The translations under genes were made by a program, and so were the position numbers. 64,000 nucleotides of DNA from Eledone cirrhosa (Eukaryota). Under the pieces are notes generated by a model, which worked only from the letters and a program-made list of their open reading frames with translations, had not been told where the DNA came from and did no database searches. Of this stretch, positions 15,079 to 24,957 are shown piece after piece. Location: NCBI GenBank assembly GCA_964016885.1, contig OZ024748.1:33170001-33234000 (forward strand), in the 5' to 3' direction. The stretch's first letter is position 1, and each line of letters begins with the position of its first letter.

Positions 15079-15268
15079 GTTATACGAATAAAAGCAGCCA
15101 TTCCACACTTGAGTGTGGTTGGTATCAAGAAGGGCATCCAGCCTTAGAAACCAAACCAAAATAACGTGACAACCTGTATAACCCATGCCTCATAACGTGA
15201 CAAGCTGTATAACCCATGCAGGTGTGATAAATCTAACGTTAAATGATAATGTTGATGATGATGATGAT
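15079..15268 (+). mobile_element. 3' tail of an RTE-type LINE/SINE terminating the satellite
   Basis: GTGGTTGGTATCAAGAAGGGCATCCAGCC...AACCCATGC...AACGTTAAATGATAATGTTGATGATGATGAT is the same tail seen after RTE copies at 33955-34113 and 37955-38118. Confidence 0.85.
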
Positions 15269-15436
15269 ATTTATAAACAAACGTAATGTAGTAAACTACT
15301 AAGAGAGATAACTTCGTTTGCTCAATTTAAATCTATGTTATTATGATTGAGCAAAACTATCATAAAAGTTGTTCCAGCCGTGACTATCATGTTTATTTAT
15401 ATACATTGATATATATATATATATATATATATATAA

Positions 15437-15816
15437 TGGAAAAATTTGAACAGTGACAAAACCGAGAGGCAGTACAACAAATGTTTATTAATTTCACGCT
15501 CTGGAGAGTGGGGTGTTGGTGGGGGACGACGTTTCGGGCATAAGCCCTTCCTCAGGTGGGAAGTGTGTGGGAACAGAGTTCAAAGGGTGTGTAGGGGAGT
15601 GGTGGAGAGACATATAGCGAAAGGAAACGGTGCGAATGAAAAAATAAAAAATAAAAAATAAAGATAAAAATAAAAATAAAGCATACAATTGTAAGAACAC
15701 AGGCAAAGAATCTTATACGGAAAAAAACCAGTACAGTAACAAAATCAAACAGAGGTAATGCGTGGAAGGAAAGACCAAGTGTGGGAAGGTGTGTAAAGTT
15801 CGGAGAAAGGTCACGA
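15437..15816 (-). mobile_element. Putative Penelope-like element terminal (pLTR) fragment embedded in (TA)n
   Basis: Bounded by (TA)n on both sides. The minus strand has a hammerhead-like motif followed by AATAAA. No ORF homology is visible. Confidence 0.5.
15526..15557 (-). ncRNA. Minimal hammerhead-ribozyme-like motif
   Basis: Minus strand reads AC-CUGAGGA-A-GGGC-UUAU-GCCC-GAAAC-GUC-GU: CUGANGA and GAAA cores, 4-bp stem II, palindromic ACGU stem III, but only a 2-bp stem I. Confidence 0.45.
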
Positions 15817-16019
15817 TATATATATATATATATATTCGTACGTGTGGGTGGGTGTGTCGAAACAGCAGAATTTGGTATTTGTTGTTGTAAGACAGTAGAG
15901 AGTGATATTTGGCTGCTATTTCTACCGGGTCAAGTAACCCGGTAGGAGACTCTCTCGTTGATACGTAATAAATAGTTCACTGAGTGATGCTGCTTGTTTT
16001 ACCATGGGTGGATACAATT

Positions 16020-16514
16020 GATGGAGTGAATTTCATATAACTGAAGGTATAAATTATGTGAGGGAGTCTTAACGTATGACACCGGCTTTATTTAAGAGCG
16101 GGGAAACATTATCAATGACACCACGTACCTGCTGTGTATCAATTATCTCATGTTAAGGTGAAAGAGTGAGCTACATGTTTCAGGGTAGGTGTACCATCAC
16201 CTACATGATTAAATATTTAATTTCATGAGAAACTACGCTACATCGTGAATTGGTTGTTCCACATTTTACAGGACAGTGAGAAATAGGTTTAAATCACCAA
16301 CATCTGAACAATTAGCTTTCCTGGTCTTGACTTTACATTTGGACTTGAAATATAAAGTACGTATTATTTGTATTGTTAACACACCAGTTATTGTGTACTT
16401 TTCTATACTCCGTGGTGAACAATCCTCATTTATTAAGACACAAACACACACACACACTCTCTCTCTTGCACTTTCTTATACCCACATCAGTCTTACACAG
16501 TCATATATCTTCAG
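16020..16514 (+). promoter_or_regulatory. Putative promoter and 5' UTR of ZF1 with a non-coding exon (16272-16356) and short introns (16158-16271, 16357-16514)
   Basis: TTAAG|GTG donor, TTTTACAG|GACAG acceptor and AAA|GTACGT donor recur upstream of the paralogues (e.g. 25645, 25783-25871; minus 49688, 49581-49493). A TCTTCAG acceptor lies 28 nt before the ATG. Confidence 0.55.
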
Positions 16515-16542
16515 AACTTCGAAGAATTGTTCAAGAATTACT

Positions 16543-17853
16543 ATGGAGGACATTAAACACTTGGACATTTCTACTACAGCTGTTTCTACCAATATAGATA
16601 CAGTTACACAGACATACAGTAGTGAGAAACCTTTACCTAGTGAAACATGTACTGAACAAGGATCATACAGAAATATTCCTGAATATAGCTGTGATATTTG
16701 TAGGAAAACTTTCTCATCAGAAGATGAATTATCTACACACAAACACATACATATTAAAGACAAACCCTATCATTGTGAAATATGTGGGAAATGTTTTACT
16801 AAAACTCCTCATCTTCATGAACACATACGAAGTCACACAGGAGAGAAACCTTTTCATTGTGAAATATGTGGGAAATCTTTCAGTCTGAATTCCAATTTAA
16901 TTAGACATATACGTAGTCACAGTGGGGAAAAACCATTTCACTGTGAAATATGTGGGAAATCTTTCGCTGAGAAAGCTAAACTCGTTACACATATACGTAT
17001 TCACACCGGAGAGAAACCTTTTCACTGTGAAATATGTGGGAAATATTTTGCTGAGAGTGCTGTTCTTATAGTTCACAGAAGAAGACACACTGGAGAGAAA
17101 CCATTTCACTGTGAAATATGTGGGAAATCTTTCACTGAGAAAGCTAAACTTGTTAGACATATACGTATTCACACCGGAGAGAAATCTTTTCCCTGTGAAA
17201 TATGTGGGAAATATTTTGCTGATAGTGGTATTCTTATAGTTCACAGAAGAAGACACACTGGAGAGAAACCCTATCAATGTGAAATATGTGGGAAATATTT
17301 TGTAACAAGCAGTTCTTTAACTATACATAAAAGAACACACACCGGAGAGGAACCCTATCACTGTGAAATATGTGGGAAATCTTTTGGCAGGCGTAATCAC
17401 TTAACTACGCATAAAAGAACACACACAGGAGAGAGACCCTATCACTGTGAAATATGTGGGAAATCTTTTGGCAGTAATAATGTCTTAACTACACATAAAA
17501 GAACACACACTGGGGAGAGACCCTATCACTGTGAAATATGTGGGAAATCTTTTGGCAGGAGTAATCACTTAACTTCACATAAAAGAACACATACAGGAGA
17601 GAGACCCTATCACTGTGAAACATGTGGGAAATCTTTTGGCAGTAATAATGTCTTAACTACACATAAAAGAACACATACTGGAGAGAGACCCTATCACTGT
17701 GAAATATGTGGGAAATGTTTTGGCAGGAGTAATCACTTAACTGCACATAAAAGAACACATACAGGAGAGAGACCCTATCATTGTGAAACGTGTGGGAAAT
17801 CTTTTAGCTGGAGTAATATCTTAACTACACACAAAATAACACACACTGGATAG
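16543..17853 (+). CDS. C2H2 zinc-finger protein ZF1, 14 tandem fingers, no recognisable effector domain
   Basis: ORF from ATG 16543 (MEDIKHLD...) with 14 CxxC-x12-HxxxH motifs and TGEKP/TGERP linkers. The upstream extension in the ORF track runs through a likely intron containing (CA)n. Confidence 0.9.
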   Translation: MEDIKHLDISTTAVSTNIDTVTQTYSSEKPLPSETCTEQGSYRNIPEYSCDICRKTFSSEDELSTHKHIHIKDKPYHCEICGKCFTKTPHLHEHIRSHTGEKPFHCEICGKSFSLNSNLIRHIRSHSGEKPFHCEICGKSFAEKAKLVTHIRIHTGEKPFHCEICGKYFAESAVLIVHRRRHTGEKPFHCEICGKSFTEKAKLVRHIRIHTGEKSFPCEICGKYFADSGILIVHRRRHTGEKPYQCEICGKYFVTSSSLTIHKRTHTGEEPYHCEICGKSFGRRNHLTTHKRTHTGERPYHCEICGKSFGSNNVLTTHKRTHTGERPYHCEICGKSFGRSNHLTSHKRTHTGERPYHCETCGKSFGSNNVLTTHKRTHTGERPYHCEICGKCFGRSNHLTAHKRTHTGERPYHCETCGKSFSWSNILTTHKITHTG

Positions 17854-18040
17854 AAACCCTATCAGTGCGAAATATGTGGGAAATATTTCATTAGCAACAG
17901 TGAATATAATGAACACAAAATAACACACACTGGTGAAAATCTTTTTACACAGTGAAATATGTGGGAAATATTTTTTCTCTAACAGTTACTTAGATACAAA
18001 CACACAGAGGAAGGAAAGATTTTAACTGTGAAATATGAGA
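17854..18040 (+). other. In-frame 15th finger and decayed finger remnants beyond the ZF1 stop
   Basis: ACT GGA TAG AAA CCC TAT CAG TGC GAA ATA TGT GGG...: after the TAG the frame reads KPYQCEICGKYFISNSEYNEHKITHTGE, followed by frameshifted remnants. Confidence 0.85.
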
Positions 18041-18804
18041 CAACCTTCCTCTTACAAATCTAAACTTATTTTCCACCAATATCAAATGTGATTACTTGGC
18101 AGTTTGATAGACTCCAAACATTGCTGGCCACTTTTACAAATATATTTTCATTTGAAGTTAAAATCTTTCTCTGATCTATTCTTGACTTTTTGAATTAATT
18201 TTAAATGTATGCCAGAAATTTCAGCCTTGGTTTGTCAGCACCAACATTCTCTGCTATAGTGTGTGTAATTAAGAGACTATGTAATGTCTTCTCTGCTATG
18301 TTAAATTTTAGAGGCTTACACCAACATTCCCTGTTGTAGTGTGTAATTAAAGGACCCTCTATCACCTGAGGTAATGCTGTGAGTGTCTAGGGTAACACCA
18401 ATATTCTGTTATATTAATTGAAGGAGTAGTTTTACCTGATTTTCTTTTTCTTTCTGGCTCCCTTTTTTATTGATTTCATTGTTTTGTAAACAATTTATTA
18501 ATTTTTCATAATTAATTTTATGAAGTGTATTTATGTCCTAAATTTCATTCTATTTGTTGTTAATAAAAGAATTATATTTAAGGAATTTATCAAGTCTGTA
18601 ACTTCAACTTTTTGTTATTTTGCCATCTAAATCTGTTATTAGCACCATATGTAATATCATCTTGTAAGTAGTTTTAATACATCTAACACCCATATAAATC
18701 AACCCCAATACATGACTGGTAATATATTTTATCAACTCTAGAATGTTGAATTAATTATTTGACCGTGGCAGGATTTGAACTGAGAATGTTAAGAACCAGC
18801 ATTG

Positions 18805-19172
18805 CGCATCTCAAACAAGTATCATATAACCAACCTTCATAGGGAGAAACCCTTTGTCAACAGAGGAAGCAGCTCCCTAAACTTCTTCCAACCCATCCTT
18901 ATTCTAGATACTATGGCCTCGGAGCACCCTCCTCCTTTGCTAATCTGATCACCTAGACATCGGAAGCTATCAACCACCTCTATAGATCCTACCTGCACTT
19001 GAAAAATATGTCCATCACTGCGACTCCTCCTGTCAAATTTCCCTGTACATCTACTGCATATGTAGTTGTCCCTACCTGTTAGTTTGCCTGCTATCCCACT
19101 ACATCTCTTGTGTACCCAAGATCTGCATTGTGTACATTCTATAGAATTTATGCCAACTCCTTTTCTATCGAA
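18805..19172 (-). mobile_element. RTE LINE fragment (PHD-like finger and post-RT region)
   Basis: ORF 18837-19175: NSIECTQCRSWVHKRCSGI...CSRC...FRCLGDQI...RIRMGWKKFRELLPLL, homologous to 37000-37400. Confidence 0.88.
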
Positions 19173-19239
19173 CATATATATATATAAGGTACATGGCTTG
19201 GTGGTTAGTGTTGTGCTTACAATTATAAGGTTGTGATAG

Positions 19240-20860
19240 CAAGGAAGAAATATAGAGGAGCAGTGGGGGTTTCTGAAAGATAACCTGCTGAAAGTGACGA
19301 GATCTGTGGATGGAACAAGGCCCCAGCGAGGAGTAGTAGATCCATGTGATGGTGGAATAGTAAGGTAGATGAAGTAATTAAAGCCAAAAGACAGCCATGG
19401 AAAAACAGAGGTAGCAGGTACCCCTAAGAAGAAGCTAGGTGGAAAATATACCGGGCAAGGAGAGAAGCAGAAAATGAAAAGTTTAAGTATGTTTTAGAAT
19501 GTGAGGACCAAAAATGAGGTGTCCAGGATTGTAAAGCAATGTGTCAAGGAAAACCATGATGTTATCGGGGAGAAATACATTCCTAGCAACAATGGCTCCT
19601 CTTACCCTCACTGACACTGAAAAGAAAGCTGCTTGGAGATGTTATGAGGAGCTGATGAACAAGGAAAATACATGGGAGCTAAACAGCCTGCCCCATGTGT
19701 ACCCAGCAGAAGGCCCAGCTGTAAGTAGCAGCCTAGTAAGTAAGGCAATTAAGAAGATATTAATGGGTAAAGCAGCTGGGCCATTGGGAGTAGTTGCTGA
19801 GATGTTGAAAGTATCTGGGACAGTGGGACACACCCTAACTACCCTTGTTGTAAACCAAGTAATGCAGTATCATCCCAGTGACTGGAATAACATCATTATC
19901 AACTGTTACAAAGGAAAAGGAGATGCCCAAGAGAGAACTACAGAGGTATCAAGCTGATTGAGCAGGTTATGAAAGTTATAGAAAGAGCCATTGCACAAGT
20001 TTCCTATCATTTGAAGGCTTAGATCTTTGATACTTACATCCTACCAGTTGTGTTATATGGTCTTGACTGTGGTAACTGGATGACAATGTCACTTGAGAAG
20101 CTCTCTACATTCCAGAACCACATCATGAGACTTATGACTGGCAAGTAGCTCAGCATCTGTATCAGTGAGCTGCTCAACATTACCAGACTTAGACCAATTA
20201 CATCAATTGTCAAGTCAAGAGTACTCAAACTATACGGTCATATAAAAAGATCAACTGGTGGTGTGAGTAGGTTATGTCTGGAAGGAAGGTTGGCTGGTAA
20301 GAGAAGCAGAGGCTGACAGCCAAATCAATGGCTTGATAATGTCAACTTATGGACTGGACTTGACCTTTGCTCTTTAAACTCTGCTGTTGGTGATCAAAAG
20401 GTATTATATATTCCTGGAAGGAAGGTTGGCTGGTAAGAGAAGCAGAGGCCAGCAGCCAAATCAATGGCTTGATAATGTCAACTTATGGACTGGATTTGAT
20501 TTTTGCTCTTTAAACTCTGCCGTTGGTTATCGAACTTTGTGGAGAAAAATATCTCATGTTGATGCGCAGTCTGCAGCTGGTGGAGTTTAGCGTCGTAAGA
20601 ATTGCATAACTAATTATTGATTGTATACACCTAAATGGGATGCAGTTTGGATTTGTGCCAGGAAAAAGCACACCTGAGGCCCTCTTATTTGTGAAGCAAA
20701 TGCAGAAGAAGTAACTGGGTAAAAGCAAGCCACTCTACTTAGCATTCGTGGGCCTAGAGAAAGTGTTTGACAGAGTCCCTCGACCCTTAATTTGGTGGGA
20801 CCCCAGAAAACAAGGGATAGATGAGTGGCTCGTAAGATCAGTATAAGTCATGTAAAGGGT
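19240..20860 (+). mobile_element. Decayed RTE LINE fragment interrupted at about 20003-20615 by the 3' end of another LINE
   Basis: GKAAGPLGVVAEMLK...IIINCYKGKGDA before the insert, then QFGFVPGKST...AFVGLEKVFDRVP resumes at about 20640. The insert encodes LEGRLAGKRSRGQQPNQWLDNV and has an internal duplication of about 115 bp (20278-20391, 20414-20527). Confidence 0.82.
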
Positions 20861-20939
20861 GGGGCACCACATCACTCTGCACACACACACACCACATCAT
20901 TACACCATTGGTCTTTCCAATTGATATAATCTACAATCT

Positions 20940-21080
20940 ACCAGTTGTAACTCCTGGCAGATAGAGCAAGGTGAAATAAAGTGTCCTGCTGAAGGACTTA
21001 ACACATCACCTAGTCTAGGAATTGAACTCAGAACCTCATGGTTGTCAATCCATCTCTCTTACCACTAAGCTTCATGTCTT
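20940..21080 (-). mobile_element. tRNA-derived SINE (decayed)
   Basis: Reverse complement has an A/B-box-like head (GCTTAGTGGTAAGAG...GAGTTCAATTCC) and a GTGTCCTTGAGCAAGACACT-like core, similar to 57643-57757 and 21215-21340. Confidence 0.6.
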
Positions 21081-21499
21081 ATGTTTTAGTGATAGTGGAC
21101 AGTGAATGATGATGATGGTCATTTTATTTTATAGATTGACCAGTTGATCATCTCAATGGTGTATTATTGCCTTTGTTTCCACAGGGTCCCTTGAAGTCAT
21201 GAGTAAAAGGTAATAGAGTATTGGTTAGGGTGTTGACTCGATGATAAACTTGTGAGTTCAATTCCTGGGCTTGGCAGCATGTTCTGTTGTACAATAAAAC
21301 ATTTTATTTCATGTTGCTTCAGTTCAATCAGCTGGAAAAAAAAAGAGTTGTGACACTCTAGTTCTAAGTTATTTCAGCCTTTGACTTTCCTTTGGACAAC
21401 ATCTTATAGTCTATATATATCGTGTGTACTGAATATATATATAGTGATAACATGGTATGTATAGCTCTTTAGTTCTTAGTCCAGACTGTTCCACCAGGA

Positions 21500-22020
21500 A
21501 TATATGACAACTAATTGTCTCCATTGATTTCAGTTGGTGACAGCTTGTTGACATCCATGCCAGCTGATGTTGATAGTTTGTGGGTCATTTTGGAATGTGT
21601 TCCACCAGGTCATCTGCCTCTTTTCCACTTGCCTTTAAGGGGAATCCATGTCATCGCTGTTTTGGACAGGAGGTGCAGAATGTGACCTGCAAAATGGAAC
21701 CAACATTCCATGATGATCTCCTGCAGTGTATGTGACCCTGCTTTCCACAGGATCTCTCCAGCTGACCTTTAGAATCCTATGCAGGCTCCTTTGATGGAAA
21801 GTTTTTAGAGACCAATCCATCTTCACAGTGCGTTTCCATGTTTCACAGTCATAGATGGCGATGGGCAGTACAATACTAGTGTACAAGCAGAGTTTAAAAT
21901 ACATGCTGATAGCTCTGTTTGACCAGATGGAGTGCATCCATTGGAACACCGCAGTCATCTTTTTAACCTGCAGTTGATGTTCAGCTCAATGTTGCCACTG
22001 TTGCTCAGAATACTGCCCAG
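21500..22020 (-). mobile_element. RTE-clade LINE 3' fragment
   Basis: ORF 21635-21958: KLCLYTSIVLPIAIYDCETW...FHQRSLHRILKVSWRD. An inverted homologue lies at 57880-58330. Confidence 0.8.
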
Positions 22021-22126
22021 TATATATAGTGTATATATTAGTTGTGAAGACACTGGCACCAAATAGTATCAGCCTTTGACCTCCCTTTGGATAACATAAT
22101 ATATTTTATGTATAGAATAGATACTA

Positions 22127-22274
22127 CCGTACTTACTGGCGTTGAATACACTACTTTTTTCTTAAAATAAGTTGCAAAAATCTACCATACGTCCTGGAGG
22201 CCGAAGGTTTATTTTTTATTTTCAAATTTTAGGTTGTCAAAATTAGGGTGCGTTTTCGTGGATGGGAAATACGG
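22127..22274. mobile_element. Tc1/mariner(pogo)-type MITE
   Basis: TA|CCGTACTTAC...GGAAATACGG|TA: imperfect terminal inverted repeats with TA target duplication. Confidence 0.6.
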
Positions 22275-23746
22275 TATATATATATATGTATTTTGTATAT
22301 ATATAGACTGTATAGTGCATATATACATATATATATATGATAAATTTTGGTGATAGAAAGGGCATCCAGCTATCGAAAACCTGCTAAAAAAAGGGTTGTG
22401 CGCACCCTTCTGCTGTATAAAGGACATGACAATCACTTTAGTATTAGTGCCACAAAAAATACACCCAGTAGGTGTGACCATATGTAACTGAAAGGACCCC
22501 AACCCCACCTTGGTCTTTGAAGACAACCTGTCTAACCCTTGCTAGCAGGGAAATTGGACATTAAATGATGATGAGCTGTGACATCACTGAGGTCAAGCTG
22601 TTTCAGCCATTACTTTGGACAGCATTATATATGGTCTATATATATTAGACAATATTAAATATCGTGTATATAGAAGTTTTGACAACATTATATATACATA
22701 TGTACAAACACACTGACAAACATGTATATTCGGCTTAAGAGTTCATAGGCTGACCAAGTTACTCTCATGGAATGAGACAATGTATACACACAAATATATG
22801 CTTATATATATATATATGTATACAAACATATATATTTTATAGTCAAGTCATACAACGTATTGCAATATCATGTTTTCAATTCTCAGTCAAGGAGGTACAT
22901 TGTATCCTTAACCAAGACACATCATTCCACATGTCTCTAATCTCCACAGCTGAAAAAGACAAGTAGCAGCTTTAGTTGGAGGTTTAGCATTTCTGTGTCC
23001 TCACACTGCTGATTTCCTTCTCAAAATTAGAAAGACAGCAGCCCACTTGAGGAAGGAGTCCCATGAGGTTGGGGTCTCTGGCTATCCTCTGCAGTAACAC
23101 CCTTGTCATTTTGTCTGTAGGGTGGGGCTGAATCACAGCTCATACTGCAACATAGTGTCTGTCGCTCTCCCTCTCTCCCATTATTTTCGTTGCTAGATAC
23201 GTTTTCGTTTTTCTTCTTTACATTTCCATGGATTGGCAGTATCAGTAGAGGGTCGGATGCCATGCTTTGCAGCAAAGAGTTACAACCCTTTATGGTCTGA
23301 GTTCAAACCCTGCTGAGGTTAACTTTGCATTTCATCCTTACAAGGTCGATAAAATCAGTAATACACTGGGATAATTGCTGGCCTTGTACCAAAAGCATAA
23401 AAAATTATTTTCGTTGCTTGATTCGTTTTCATTTTTCTTTACATTTCCATTTCTTAAATATTTTTTTTACTTTTAAAAATGTGTTTTGTTTTAATATGAA
23501 CAGTCATGCAAAATTCATAATGTTATTTATACAAATCTGAATAAATTACTAGCATATTGATTAAACGTGTGAATTAATATAATGGAAGTTATTCTAATTC
23601 TCCCTTGATAATGGGTTTTTAAACTTGAAAATATTTGGGATTATTTAATTTGCTAAGGTAAAGATTCTATTGTTATCTTGGAAATTTTAATTTTTTAGTG
23701 CATTGTATGGTTTTCAAAATTATTTAAATTTGTGTTTCATATATAC

Positions 23747-23747
<1 letters not shown>

Positions 23748-23801
<54 letters not shown>
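23748..23801. repeat. (TA)n microsatellite
   Basis: About 27 perfect TA units. Confidence 0.95.
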
Positions 23802-23802
<1 letters not shown>

Positions 23803-24786
23803 TCCTCTATCAATTGGAAGAAATAAACTGCCATATATCAAAGATTACCACAATAACTAGGGAGCCGAGGGCAAGATACGCTGGACATTCCTACCAATGA
23901 ATGGATGACCTGATAAGCTGGCTCCTGTGGTGGATACCTAAGCATAGTAAAACCCTAATGAGATGACTGAAAATGACCTACATAGATCAGATGTCTAGGG
24001 ATGTTCAAGTAGGGATTAATGATCTCATGAATGCCACAAAATAATAATATATATTAATGAACATTTATTATGGTGAAATATGTTGGAAATTATTCTTAGA
24101 GGTTTTGTATTGTAATCTACAAATAGACCCTGTAGAAAGTTCTACTTCATATTTGTCATTAAGGTTTCTTATAGAGACACAATCTTATTTTATTGCTGAG
24201 GGTGGTGGATTGGTAGAATTAGTAGAGCATCAAACAACATGCTTTGTGTCATATAGTTACAGCCCTTTATGTTCTTAGTTTAAATCCTGCCAAGGTCAAC
24301 TTACAGGGTAGATGAAATAAAGTACCAGTAATGTACTGAGGGTTCCTTTCCCCTTTCCTTCAAATATCCAGCCTTGTGTCAAAAGTAGAAGCAATTATTT
24401 AATGTCTATGTATGTAACAATGGATATAATGCTTTCTGCCATATTTGTTCTGGTTCTCTGCTCTCTGAGTTTAAACCCTGCTGTGGTCAACTTTGTCTTT
24501 TGTCCATTCAAGCTTGACAAAAAACAATACCAGTCTATCACTGGGGTCTGTTCTTCCCCTCTATATTTCTTTCTCCTTCTCTGGAAGAAATCAACTGTTC
24601 AAACCTGGAGAGTAAAGGGCTCCACCAATCTTCAAATGCCCACAGTGACACCCTTATGACTACATCAGTTCAACAGACAAAATAAAAGATTTATGTGCTT
24701 ATTTTATAATACCTAACTGGTTTATGTTTATATATGTGACAAAATATCAACATTATGTGAAAATAAAAACAAATTTTTAACTTTAA

Positions 24787-24957
24787 CCCTTTAGTATTCA
24801 CAGTATTCTATATATACTATTATATTTTCATGGTAAATACTTTATCTCACATAATATCGAATCTATGAGATTTTGAGAACAATACCATAACATCAGTTTG
24901 AGTGACCATTTCAACAGAAAAAGGTAGAGAATTCTGGCCGGTTTGAACATTAAAGGG
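24787..24957. mobile_element. piggyBac-type MITE
   Basis: TTAA|CCCTTTAGTATTCA...TGAACATTAAAGGG|TTAA. Paralogous empty sites with a single TTAA occur at about 31841 and 59025. Confidence 0.85.

Noticed and set aside
249-15137. The many minus-strand ORFs as separate protein-coding genes
   Set aside because: They are three-frame translations of one 48-bp monomer, mostly with non-ATG starts and no signal peptide or unique domain. Kept only as a hypothesis in findings.
15915-15945. Hairpin CTACCGGGT-CAAGTA-ACCCGGTAG as a terminator or ncRNA
   Set aside because: Short isolated stem in what looks like a decayed repeat, with no further support.
16276-16542. N-terminal 89-aa extension of ZF1 in the ORF track
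   Set aside because: It starts at GTG and runs through a (CA)n/(CT)n tract and a predicted intron. The first ATG is at 16543.
18239-18415. Three ~80-bp spaced CACCAACATTC motifs downstream of ZF1
   Set aside because: Too degenerate to assign. Probably an old local duplication in the 3' UTR.
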